Shown in pieces: positions 13,375-24,800 of a stretch of DNA of 64,000 bases (positions are counted from its first letter, which is position 1; the number at the start of each line of letters is the position of its first letter). Source of the stretch: Macrostomum lignano. Taxonomy: Eukaryota. The notes beneath the pieces are model-generated. The model had not been told where the DNA came from. It searched no databases and saw only the letters and a program-made list of their open reading frames with translations. A program made the position numbers and the translations under genes. The stretch lies in NCBI GenBank assembly GCA_002269645.1, contig NIVC01000771.1:1-64000 (forward strand). Direction: 5' to 3'.

Positions 13375-13581
13375 GCGGCCGTCACTGCTTGCACACAGCG
13401 GCCGTCACTGCTTGCACACAGCGGCCGTCACTGCTTGCACACAGCGGCTGTCACTGCTTGCACACAGCGGCCGTCACTGCTTGCACACAGCGGCCGTCAC
13501 TGCTTGCACACAGCGGCCGTCACTGCTTGCACACAGCGGCCGTCACTGCTTGCACACAGCGGCCGTCACTGCTTGCACACA
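13375..13581. repeat. 23-bp tandem repeat (GCGGCCGTCACTGCTTGCACACA) x9 containing the Ly6 stop codon
   Basis: Nine units starting at 13375 and every 23 nt to 13559; only two units in the paralog (~5134-5180). Confidence 0.95.
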
Positions 13582-13895
13582 GCGGCCAGCAGGGCCAGAG
13601 CCGCGGTCAGCAGGAGGCCGCTGGGACCGAACTGCCTCGGCGAAGAGTTGCACAGGTCGGTGTTGCAGCACCAGGTGCCGTTGAAGGCCAGGCAGGCAGG
13701 GGCAGCCGAACGGCTGATAACGCCAGCCACTTCAGCCTTGGTACAGTAGTTGCCGTTGGCTGTCGGAGTGCTGCTGGAGACGGAGCTGCAGTCTTCGCAG
13801 TCGTAGCACTTGACGGCGTCGGCTGGAGCGGGCAGAAGGCAGACGGAGGCCAGGAGGCCGAGTGTTGCCAGGCGGAGCACTTGGTGAGGCTGCAT
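13566..13895 (-). CDS. Ly6/uPAR (three-finger) GPI-anchored protein, copy 2, intact, intronless
   Basis: 109 aa: hydrophobic signal peptide, KCYDCEDC...YC...C...WCCNTDLCN (hallmark CCxxDLCN), hydrophobic C-terminal GPI-type tail. Confidence 0.92.
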   Translation of the reverse strand: MQPHQVLRLATLGLLASVCLLPAPADAVKCYDCEDCSSVSSSTPTANGNYCTKAEVAGVISRSAAPACLAFNGTWCCNTDLCNSSPRQFGPSGLLLTAALALLAAVCKQ

Positions 13896-14234
13896 TCTGA
13901 CGGCAGGTTAGGGTTAGGGTTGCTGCTTTGAGAGTTGACTTTAATAGACGCGACCGGCGCCACCCCAGCCAGCCCTCAGCGCCAACCGCCGGTCACCCAG
14001 GCGTATTGTGAGCGTGTTGCCTATGATTTGCCAATTTAGCATTATTCAGTAACTTCCAAGGTTCGCGTGAAACAGAGAAATTATTTACAGAACTTCAGCA
14101 ACATGGCTTGGCCCCAGCGGAAAGGTTGATGCCGCCTGAATACCTGCAATTCTACCTTCGGCGGTGGAGCAGTTCTAACCTGGTTAGAGCAGAGCCAACC
14201 TATGGGAGTCGTGCAAAAACGAATGCAATAGCAC

Positions 14235-14400
14235 TAACCCCAGATTAGCACAAACCCCCAGATTAGCACTACCCCCCAGATTAGCACTTCCCCCAGCTTA
14301 GCAGTACCCCCAGATTAGCACTTCCCCCAGATTAGCTCTACCCCCCAGATTAGCAGTACCCCCAGATTAGCATTATCCCCAGATTAGCACTACCCCCAGT
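14235..14400. repeat. ~17-18-bp repeat (CCCCAGATTAGCACTAC)n
   Basis: About 9 degenerate units. Confidence 0.9.
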
Positions 14401-14404
14401 TTAG

Positions 14405-14628
14405 TTGAGGCCGCCAGCTTAGAGAGTCTGGGCGTCGAAGGTGAGACAGGCTCTGCCAATTTATTTCTTTTTCATTTCAATATTAAGCTTCCTTTGGTAT
14501 GTCTTCGTCTGGCATTCTACGACAGCGAGGGCGTCATTCGCGACGTGATGCAGAACCACCTGGCGGAGACGCTGAGCCTGCTGCTGATGGATCTGCCGCC
14601 CTCGGAGCCGCCCCCTCCCCACTCTTAA
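14405..14628 (+). pseudogene. H6PD: Hexose-6-phosphate dehydrogenase (G6PD-like domain) exon fragments
   Basis: 36-nt exon 14405-14440 (VEAASLESLGVEG, ag/gtgag), then RLAFYDSEGVIRDVMQNHLAETLSLLLMDLP from 14506, matching the G6PD/H6PD GxIRDVMQNHL motif. The second piece lacks an in-phase AG and runs into a stop next to the retroelement. Confidence 0.75.
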
Positions 14629-15072
14629 TTAAGACTTTAATAAGACCGGTTGCCATGGAGACGGACGCCTGCCTGGTGGGAGCGGCACATTTGCGTGACC
14701 CGACTGGTTTTGACTGGTGCTACCTGAAGTGGGATGTCGATGCTGGCGGCGTCTTCAGCGAGTGCTGCATCAACTACAAGGAGGCTGTGCTGCGGTCCTG
14801 CTGGCCTTGCTGCGCTGGCGCCATCAGCTGCACAACCGCCGGGTCGCTGTCTACTGCGACAACGCCGCCGCCTGCGCGATCATCAACAAGGGGTCTTTCA
14901 GGGAGCCCCGGTTGCTGTGGCTGCTGCAAACTGTTACTCTGCTTTGCCTGAAGCAGAACATGGTTGTTACCGCCCATCATGTGCCTGGCCGGTTCCAGCT
15001 GTTTGCTGACGCAGCTTCTCGCCTGCACTGCCGTCAAGAATTGCTGAATTTTGTGTTTCGAGCCTATGCAAC

Positions 15073-16122
15073 ATGTTGTGTCAGCCCGCAAGAGTTTGCC
15101 GGTCATGCGCTCAGCCCTCCCACCGCCGCCTTTCTCCTTTTGCAGGTCGCCTCCCTGGGTTTCTCGACGACGCCGCCGCCAAGCTTCCCCGGCAGGCCTA
15201 CGCCTCATCATCCAAGAAGTCGCTGTCGTCCGCCATACGCTCCTGGCAACGCTTCTGTCTCGAGCGGCGACTCGACCCGCTCTGCTGCCGGGCGGAGGAC
15301 CTCGCGAATTACGTTGCCCGACTCTTGGATGGCCGGCTCAGCTCCTTCGGCAGCGTCCGCGTGCACATCAGCGCTCTCTCCGCCAACTTCCGGCTGGCAG
15401 GGGCGCCAGATCTGACCAAGCATCCGTTGCTGCACCTGGTGCTGCGGGGAGCCAAGCGCGAGCTCGGAGCCGGGCCGAGCCGCAAGCTGCCTGTGTCCCC
15501 CGAGATTTTAACACGGCTGCGTCGTCAAGTTGATTGCTCGAACCCATCCCAAGCTGCCTGCTGGGCTGCAGTCATGTGCGCCTGGTGGGGCATGTTTAGG
15601 AAGTCCAGCCTGTTGCCTGTTGGGCGCGCTGATCCGCCAGTGCTGCATCTCAGTTCTCTGTCGGAGTGCAAGGACGGTCTGCTTCTGCTGTCCAGCTATG
15701 GGAAAAGCAACCAGTTCGGCAGCAGCCACCGGGTTCTGCTGCCGCAACTGACGCCCGGTCACCCGCTCTGCTCCGTCGCGGCGCTGCGAGATCATCTTCG
15801 CTGCAATCGTTTGAGGCTACCGCAGCAGGGCCTGTTCACAATCTCTGGCGGTTCAGCCGGCAGCGTATCTCTGACATCCCGGATGTTGGACGTGCAGTTC
15901 AAGTGCTGGCTTAGCAAGGCGAGCATCAGCGCGGCAGGCTATTCCGTGCACAGCTTGCGAAGGGGTGCAGCCACCTGGGCGGCGCGTTTCGGTCTGTCAG
16001 TCAGGGAGATCCAGAGCGTGGGCGACTGGCGCAGCGACGCAGTGAACTGTTATTTGTCGTCTGGCGATGCAGCTTTCGGTGCTGCTCGGAAGCTGGCGGT
16101 TGCTTTGCTTTCTAGGTGCTGA
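15073..16122 (+). CDS. Tyrosine recombinase of the DIRS/Ngaro element (uninterrupted ORF)
   Basis: 349-aa ORF with catalytic set R (MFRKSSL), K (YGKSNQ), HxxR (HSLRRG), W (GDWRS), Y (VNCY). Confidence 0.92.
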   Translation: MLCQPARVCRSCAQPSHRRLSPFAGRLPGFLDDAAAKLPRQAYASSSKKSLSSAIRSWQRFCLERRLDPLCCRAEDLANYVARLLDGRLSSFGSVRVHISALSANFRLAGAPDLTKHPLLHLVLRGAKRELGAGPSRKLPVSPEILTRLRRQVDCSNPSQAACWAAVMCAWWGMFRKSSLLPVGRADPPVLHLSSLSECKDGLLLLSSYGKSNQFGSSHRVLLPQLTPGHPLCSVAALRDHLRCNRLRLPQQGLFTISGGSAGSVSLTSRMLDVQFKCWLSKASISAAGYSVHSLRRGAATWAARFGLSVREIQSVGDWRSDAVNCYLSSGDAAFGAARKLAVALLSRC

Positions 16123-16198
16123 TCGCCTCTTGCCGTTTGCCTTTTGCGCATTCATATTGCTTTGCTCTTCCTTTTGCGCCTGCTTTTGTTTGGTGTTG

Positions 16199-16618
16199 GG
16201 GGCATCGTTGCCAGGCTCCCTCACCTCGTCTGCTCGCCAGCTCTGTGTCTTTGTGTGTCCTTTGGGGAGGGGGCGGTGTGCACTAATGAACTGGTTTGTG
16301 CGGCCAGCACTAACCGGCGTTTGTGTACACCGCCAACCCCCCCCCCGGCTTGCGCCCACCCCCTCCCTCGGGAGAGTTTTTATGCCTGCGGGCTAGCTGG
16401 GTTTGTCTCGCTGCGCGCTTGAAATTTTTTTCCTATTTTCGTTCTCTCTTGTATTGCTTTTAGCCCTTAGCTTCGCCTTTCTGCTTTACTTGCTTTGCTT
16501 TTACCTTCTAAATGATCTGAAATATAAATTTCGATATAGGGGACATCGTTGCCAGGCTCCCTCACCTCGTCAGCTCTGTGTCTTTGAGTGTCTTTTGAGG
16601 AGGGGCGGTGTGCACTAA
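16199..16618 (+). repeat. Split direct repeats B1 (~16199-16286) and B2 (~16539-16618)
   Basis: CATCGTTGCCAGGCTCCCTCACCTCGTC...AGCTCTGTGTCTTTG...GGGGCGGTGTGCACTAA occurs twice, about 250 bp apart. Confidence 0.85.
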
Positions 16619-16668
16619 AAAACTAATGAGCAACCCCATGGTGACACTTTTTTTCACTCACTTCAGTC

Positions 16669-16824
16669 AACAGTCTTGCTCTTATGATTTTTTGCCTGAC
16701 ATGAATGTCTCAAAACGTTTGATTGACCGAAGTCAAATGGTTTTCCAGTTGCAGGACAAAGCCACCCTGCTGACAGCTTATCTCGAATTTCTTGAACAGC
16801 TTGGCCTCATGGCTACAGGCTCCG
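16669..16824 (+). other. Possible further H6PD exon
   Basis: After cacttcag: QQSCSYDFLPDMNVSKRLIDRSQMVFQLQDKATLLTAY, weakly like the recalled H6PD QACC...RQLVFHIG...AVLVS; possible donor gtcagt. Confidence 0.35.
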
Positions 16825-17402
16825 TCAGTTGGTTGACTCAATAGTTGTTTATGCTCAGCATGATAGATCCGATAACGAATGGGGGAAACTGATCAAGTTG
16901 GGACCTGGTAGGGAATAGAGAAGCTAAGCTGGGATCTGGTGATAAATGGGGAAGCTGAGCTGGGATCTGGTGGGGAATAGAGATGCTGAGATGGGATTTG
17001 ATGCAGAATAGGGAAGTAGGGAAGGGGAGAGCTGAGTTAGCGTTGCTTTGAGGATTTGGTGAGCGATTTTATGCCAAACTTAGGCCTTAGGAACTGAGGA
17101 ACTTATTGGGAGGCTGCTCTAAGCCTAAGGAAGCCAAAGGAGAGGGAGATGGGTGAGAAGGAGACGGGTAAAAGTTAAGAAAAATCACTAGCAATCAGCG
17201 CCCGATAATATTTATCTTGATTTGCCCGGCACCTGAAACCTACTCTTAACGAATAATCTTATTTGGAGTGGGGTAGGATTGGGTTTCTTTTGAGGATTAC
17301 AGCTGACAGACAGACACAGTCGAGACACGCGGTGGCTAAACAAAGACAGGCACACAACAGGCACAGCAAACAACAGACACAAGGAGGACTCGTCAGCCCC
17401 AC

Positions 17403-18015
17403 CTCCTTGTCCATCTGGGCCAAGAGGTCCGCCCTCAGCCTCCTCTTCATCAGCGTAAGTCACATCCAAAGCCTCGAGCTCATCGTCCTTATCGGCAATC
17501 TGTTCCCCATCTTGTCTTCTCCCAGTCCTGATGTCGCCGGGCCTCCCGGACGCCGCGGCTGGCGCAGACTTGGACGCCACTCCGTACCCAGGAGACGCGG
17601 CTGGCGCAGACTTGGACGCCTCTCCGCACCCAGGAGACGCGGTGGCAGCGGCAGCCAGCCGCAGGCGCTTGGGCGTTGGCTCGCTCACGATGACTCTGCG
17701 CGTCAAGCTGCTGAACTTCAGCGCGTTGAAGGTCTCGTCGAACAGCGCCGGGCACTGGGAGATGTTGACAATGATCGCCGCCTGCCCGCTGCCGCTGAAG
17801 TAGGGCTGCAGCAGGCGGGTGAGCTTCGAGTCCCGGAACGGCACCAGCATGGAGGCTCGGGGATTTCGCTGATTTCTCTGCAGAGTCTCAACGCAGCGGC
17901 GCAGGGTCAGCAGGCTGGAGTTGATGCTGCCGGCCTCTCGGGTGCGCTCGCCTGCCGTGCCGGCGTGGCGCTGCCGCTCCGAGCCGGCGAGGTCTCAGAA
18001 GGTCAGGCTGGACAC
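17403..18015 (-). pseudogene. Kinesin-6 (KIF20/KIF23-like) motor-domain pseudo-exon, copy 1
   Basis: Acceptor cccgcag, then VSSLTF*DLAGSER...REAGSINSSLLTL...VPFRDSKLTRLLQPYFSG...DETFNALKFS. TGA at 17997-17995 replaces the usual Cys of LCDLAGSER. Confidence 0.88.
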
Positions 18016-18874
18016 CTGCGGGACGGCGGGGCACTGGAATCTGGGATGGGGGATGTGAGATGTAGGAGACTGGATTTTGGAAAAGGGATCTACGAGTAGG
18101 AGATAAGATTTGGGAGAAGGGATCCAGGAAATGGGATATGGAATTAGGGATCTGGGATGCGGGAGCTGGGATGTGGGAGATGGAGATAGGAGATGGAAGA
18201 TAGAAGCTGGGAGATACGTGGTGGCAGATGGCCGCAAAGTAAAATTATTATTCATATTTCACATTTTAATTGCGCCAATTTCGCAAGAAAATCAGCAGTC
18301 GCAGACGGACTGCTTTAAGTAGCCACGCATTAATATTGCTGCAGTTCTCCTGTTCCTTCTGAACCAATATGGGAGAGGCAGAAAGCTGGGCAGAGGCGGC
18401 CGCACAAGCCAGCAAATGCAGCCACAGTCTGAGCAGACGGGATGAGAAGAGCCTTGGGGTGTTCTCTGAGGCGTACTTATGAGCAAATCAGCTTTTGTAC
18501 CCCTGGGGGGGCTGGTTTTGCGGCTTTGGTTAGCGTGGAGGGTGGAGGCTTGTACGTTGAGTCGTTTTCTACCCTCCCTGTGCAGCGGCCCGCTCCCAGG
18601 CCTGCTGAGGGTTTTGATGCCCGGATTATCGGCAGCTCCGTTCCCGTTCGTCTGTTTCCGTTCTCGCTAACCTTCATCAAATTTTGCGGCTGTTGCTTCG
18701 CCATTGTGTTCTCGAAAACCTGTGTTTCTTTGTGTGCTCCAGGTGTTCCTTCCGGGCGGGGTACTGAGAATCCGCTGCAGCTGCTCCAGGGCCAATAAAA
18801 TCTGCTGCAGAGGCGGCCGCTGCCCTGCCGGACTCTCGAGCTGAGCTGAGACACCTGCGACTGAGCCTCCAGCC

Positions 18875-21800
18875 ATGGCAGAGGGAGGGCCACCGTCATT
18901 TGCTGATGAAAGAGTGAGTAAAGTAAAAGTGACAAATTGAGGCACATTGAATATTTGTTGGCTTGATTGCAGTTGCAGTACCTCACTTACATGTTTGAAT
19001 GTGCAGCTTGGGTGCCTCAATTGCAGTTGCAGGAACTCACTCAGCCGGACCCCAGCAACCGGACACGCGTCGGAGACTCACCAGCCGATCTCCAGACTCT
19101 CGCCCAGGACGTTATCCGAGGTGACTTCGGCCAGGTGCGGCGGCTGGCAACGCGCCAGCTGGTCACCAGCGCTGATGCAGCTCGTCGGACCGTCCTCATG
19201 CAGGTGGCCGACGCTCCTGAGACTCCCGTGCAGACTGAAAAGTGCATCTTGTACTTATTTGAGCTGGGCGCGAACCCCAAGGCGGCTGACGCGAACGGCG
19301 ACACGGCTGCGCACCTGGCAGCCCGGCGGGACCACCTGCGGCTGCTGACGCTGCTGTCGTTCGATGCGAAGTGGCTGCGGAACGACAACGGCGCCACTCC
19401 GCTGATGGAGGCGGCGCGGACTGGAAGCTGGAAATGCGCCAAGCACCTGCTGCACCTGCTCAGGCAGCCTAAGTTCAATGAGTGCAGACAGCACGGAAAC
19501 TCAAAGAGGTCGCGACTGCTCGGACTGAAGGATCGCGAGGGTCGGACGGCGTCGGACCTGGCGAGGCTCAGCGGCCACTCAGAGCTGGCCAGCTACATCG
19601 AGCGGTGAGTGAGCAGTTCGCTGCTGTGTCCATCAAGTTTTGCAGCATTCGGTTGGGGTGGCCAGAGCTGCAGTCTCAGGCCAGCTAATCAGAGCCAGTC
19701 AGCTGAGCTTGTCTCTGACTGACTGCTTGATGGGGGAGAGCTGTGATTGGCTGGCTGCCTCCCAGCCAATGGGGTGCCGGTCGATCTCAGTCGAGAATGG
19801 AAGCTGTAGGGCCTCGGTGTGCAGTGAGAGTGTGTGGGTCGAGCTGCAGATGGAGAACTGGGAGGCTGTGCGTGAGTGCTTTGTGAGACATTGTGAGGTG
19901 GAAGGAAACTCATGCTGCAAAAATGGAAAATGAGCTGCGTGTGAGAAGTCGGATGCGCTCTCGCCAATGCTGATTTTTGCAGAGCTGCTGCAGTCCTCTA
20001 GGAAAGTCCATCTGCGAGCAGCTCAGATAATTAAGAATTTCCACTTACTAAATCTATTATGAAAATTCTATTGTAAAACTGAAATACTACGAAATTGGTT
20101 CTTGTTTTGCTGTTGCAGGGAGATGCGGCTGGTTGTGGATGCAGATGGCAAGATCTCCGGCCTGACAGACCAGGTGAGCGGCATCTGCGGTGCCGATGCG
20201 GCTGCAGCTGAGCAGCTGTGCTTAAATTTCCCGCTCGCCTTTGCAGGAGGAGGCGGATCGACAGGAACTACGGCGGCTGGCCGAGGCGGGCGACTCGGCG
20301 GGGCTGCGGCGAGCGGCGACCCGCGGCAGCTGCGACCTGCCTGACGGATTTGGTCGCACCGCGTTGATGCGGGCAGCTTACAACAGCTCGTGCGATGATG
20401 AGGCTCTGTGGGAGCAGCTGGTGCAGCTGGGTGACACCACCTGTGCGGATATATGGACTGACAGTTGCCTGCACTATGCAGCCTTTGCTGGCAATTTTGC
20501 CGCAGCCTCCGCTCTGCTGGCTGCCGGAGCCTCCGCCAATGCCAGGGGTCGGTGGGAATCCACGCCCCTCATGCGGGCAGCCTCTGCGTCCCCCACAACC
20601 GCCGCCGCAGTCGGTCGGGTTCTGCTGGACTCAGGGGCGGATTGGAGCCTGAAGGACAGAAGCGGCGACACTGCGCTGGATTTTGCCACACAGAAGAGAA
20701 ACAGCAAACTGGCTGAGCTGCTGCGTGGGTGAGTTTCCATGGCGACTGAGAAAGTCTCTCTGACTTTGATTTATCATTGATAAACATTATGCTGTGATTT
20801 ATGATTGAATATTGAGCAGCTGACTGCAGTTGCTCTGAGTGGGCATTTTTACATTTTTGTAGTTTAAATGGGCAGCAGACACTGACTGAGCTGCATTGAG
20901 GGAGTTTGCAGTGCAGTTTGGCTGCAGATTGCCAGTTGAATATTAATGTTCAGCTGCCTGCGAGCTGTGAGACACCAGCAAGAATTTTGATGTGGCTTCT
21001 GAGTTTTTAAATATACTAAAGAAAAAAAATTAATTTCTAAACAAAAACTTCATATATGTCTATACATATCTTATAGATTCATAGATTCTTATATCTTATG
21101 TATAACAGTCAGAATTTATTAAAAATAACGACTGCAGTTTTTATAGTAATTTTATGTTTATCAATACAATATTGATCAAAGAATGACAAAAAATTTAAAG
21201 AAAAATTACATGTGTTTCAGATTTGAAGGAGAAGTCTTCTTCGATGAGCGTCTGTGAGTTCGCTTCAGCACACAGCTACAGCACACAGCTACAGCAGACA
21301 CAGCTACAGCACATAGTTACAGCACACACAGCTACAGCACACACAGCACACAGCTACAGCACACACAGCTACAGCACACACAGCTACAGCACACACAGCT
21401 ACAGCACACACAGCTACAGCACACAGCTACAGCACACAGCTACAGCACACAGCTACAGCACACAGCTACAGCACACAGCTACAGCACACAGCTACAGCAC
21501 ACAGCTACAGCGCACACAGCTACAGCGCACACAGCTACAGCACACAGCTACAGCACACAGCTACAGCACACAGCTACAGCACACAGCTACAGCACACAGC
21601 TACAGCACACAGCTACAGCACACACAGCACACAGCTACAGCACACACAGCTACAGCACACACAGCTACAGCACACACAGCGCACAGCTACAGCACACACA
21701 GCTACAGCACACACAGCGCACAGCTACAGCACACACAGCACACAGCTACAGCACACACAGCTACAGCACACACAGCTACAGCACACAGCTACAGCACACA

Positions 21801-24800
21801 GCTACAGCACACACAGCACACAGCTACAGCACACACAGCTACAGCACACACAGCGCACAGCTACAGCACACACAGCTACAGCACACACAGCGCACAGCTA
21901 CAGCACACACAGCACACAGCTACAGCACACACAGCTACAGCACACACAGCTACAGCACACACAGCTACAGCAAATACAGCTACAGCACACACAGCTACAG
22001 CACACACAGCACACAGCTACAGCACACAGCTACTGCACACAGCTACAGTACATACAGCTACGGCCATATTCTAAACGTATTGGTCAGTTCCAGCTGTCAT
22101 AATTAAGCCAAACACAAATTTTCTAGGAAAGCCAAGCGAGTGCCAACACAATTTCCTGACGAAAAAGTAAGTAAAGTTAAAGGAGAGAAAACTGAGACAT
22201 AGAATAATAATAGACTCAATAGAAGTTTCAGGAACTCTCTCAAATGTTTGAATGTGCAGCTTGGGTGCCTCAATTGCAGTTGCAGGAACTCACTCACATG
22301 TTTGAATGTGCAGCTTGGGTGCCTCAATTGCAGTTGCAGGAACTCACTCACATGTTTGAATGTGCAGCTTGGGTGCCTCAATTGCAGTTGCAGGAACTCA
22401 CTCACATGTTTGAATGTGCAGCTTGGGTGCCTCAATTGCAGTTGCAGGAACTCACTCACATGTTTGAATGTGCAGCTTGGGTGCCTCAATTGCAGTTGCA
22501 GGAACTCACTCACATGTTTGAATGTGCAGCTTGGGTGCCTCAATTGCAGTTGCAGGAACTCACTCACATGTTTGAATGTGCAGCTTGGGTGCCTCAATTG
22601 CAGTTGCAGGAACTCACTCACATGTTTGAATGTGCAGCTTGGGTGCCTCAATTGCAGTTGCAGAAGCTCACTCAGCCGGACCCCAGCAACCGGACAAGCG
22701 TCGGAGACTCACCAGCCGATCTCCAGACTCTCGCCCACGACGTCATCCGAGGTGACTTCGGCCAGGTGCGGCGGCTGGCAACGCGCCAGCTGGTCACCAG
22801 CGCTGATGCAGCTCGTCGAACCATCCTAATGCTAGCGGCCGACGCTCCTGAGACTCCCGTGCAGACTGAAAAGTGCATCTTGTACTTATTTGAGCTGGGC
22901 GCGAACCCCAAGGCGGCTGACGCGAACGGCGACACGGCTGCGCACCTGGCAGCCCGGCGGGACCACCTGCGGCTGCTGACGCTGCTGTCGTTCGATGCGA
23001 AGTGGCTGCGGAACGACAACGGCGCCACTCCGCTGATGGAGGCGGCGCGGAATGGAAGCTGGAAATGCGCCAAGCACCTGCTGCACCTGCTCAGGCAGGA
23101 AAGGTGCAATGAGAGCAATGAGCTCGGAAACTCGAAGAAGTCGCGGCTGCTCGGACTGCAGGATCGCGATGGTCGGACGGCGTCGGACCTGGTGAGGCTC
23201 AGCGGCCACTCAGAGCTGGCCAGCTACATCGAGCGGTGAGTGAGCAGTTCGCTGCTGTGTCCATCAAGTTTTGCAGAATTCGGCTGGGGTGGCCAGAGCT
23301 GCAGTCTCAAGCCAGCCAATCAGAGCCAGTCAGCTGAGCTTGTCTCTGTCTGACTGCTTGATGGGCGAGAGCTGTGATTGGCTGGCTGCCTCCCAGCCAA
23401 TGGGATGCCGGTTGATGTCAGTCGAGAATGGAAGCTGTAGGGCCTCGGTGTGCAGTGAGAGTGTGTGGGTTGAGCTGCAGATGGAGAACTGGGAGGCTGT
23501 GCGTGAGTGCTTTGTGAGACATTGTGAGGTGGAAGGAAACTCATGCTGCAGAAATGGAAAATGAGCTGCGTGTGAGAAGTCGGATGCGCTCTCGCCAATG
23601 CTGGTTGTTGCAGAGCTGCTGCAGTCCTCTTGGAAACTCCATCTGAAAGCAGCTCAGATAATTAAGAATTTCCACTTACTAAATCTATTATGAAAATTCT
23701 ATTGTAAAACTGAAATACTACGAAATTGGTTCTTGTTTTGCTGTTGCAGGGAGATGCGGCTGGTTGTGGGTGCAGATGGCTGGATCTCCGGCCTGACAGA
23801 CCAGGTGAGCGGCATCTGCAGTGCCGATGCGGCTGCAGCTGAGCAGCTGTGCTCAAATTTCCCGCTCGCCTTTGCAGGAGGAGGCGGATCGACAGGAACT
23901 GCGGCGGCTGGCCGAGGCGGGCGACTCGGCGGGGCTGCGGCAAGCGGCGACTCGCGGCAGCTGCGACCTGCCTGACGAATTTGGTCGCACCGCGTTGATG
24001 AAGGCAGCTCGGAACAGCTCGTACGATGATAAGGTTCTGTGGGAGCAGCTGGTGCAGCTGGGTGACCCCACCTGTGCGGATAGATGGGCTGAGAGTTGCC
24101 TGCACTGTGCAGTCAGGGCTGGCAATTCTGCCGCAGCCTCCGCTCTGCTGGCTGCCGGAGCCTCCGCCAATGCCAGGGGTCAGGGTGAACTCACGCCCCT
24201 CATGGATGCAGCCATTTGGGCGCCCCCCGCCACCGCCGCCGCAATCGGTCGAGTTCTGCTGGACTCAGGGGCGAATTGGAGCCTGAAGAACAGAGACGGC
24301 AGGACTGCGCTGGATTTGGCCACACAGGAGGGAAACAGCAAACTGGCTGAGCTGCTGCGTGGGTGAGTTTCCATGGCGACTGAGAAAGTCTCTCTGACTT
24401 TGATTTATCATTGATAAACATCATGCTGTGATTTATGATTGAATATTGAGCAGCTGACTGCAGTTGCTCTGAGTGGGCATTTTTACATTTTTGTAGTTTA
24501 AATGGGCAGCAGACACTGACTGAGCTGCATTGAGGGAGTTTGCAGTGCAGTTTGACTGCAGATTGCCAGTTGAATATTAATGTTCAGCTGCCTGCGAGCT
24601 GTGAGACACCAGCAAGCATTTTGCTGTGACATTTGTGTTCGATTTTAACACAAAATGTTTTGGTGCCTAGTTTATTTAGGTTTAATTAAAGCAGAATGAA
24701 ATAATAAAACACAGAGCATGGGCTCTCATCTGAGTTACTCTGACTTCAGACTCCGCATTGCCTATTTAGGTACAACGGCAAGATTTACATCGACGAGCCT

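Larger units (their letters stand above)
14645..16618 (+). mobile_element. 5'-truncated tyrosine-recombinase retrotransposon (DIRS order, Ngaro-like)
   Basis: RNase H (METDA...INYKE / AAVLLAL...VYCDN...HVPG...ADAASR, frameshift ~14780) directly overlaps a YR ORF with no methyltransferase. Split direct repeats follow at the 3' end. RT and gag are absent. Confidence 0.88.

Noticed and set aside
22243-22675. CRISPR-like regular repeats (also 58951-59102, 33270-33687)
   Set aside because: Head-to-tail repeats without unique spacers, no cas genes, eukaryotic context.
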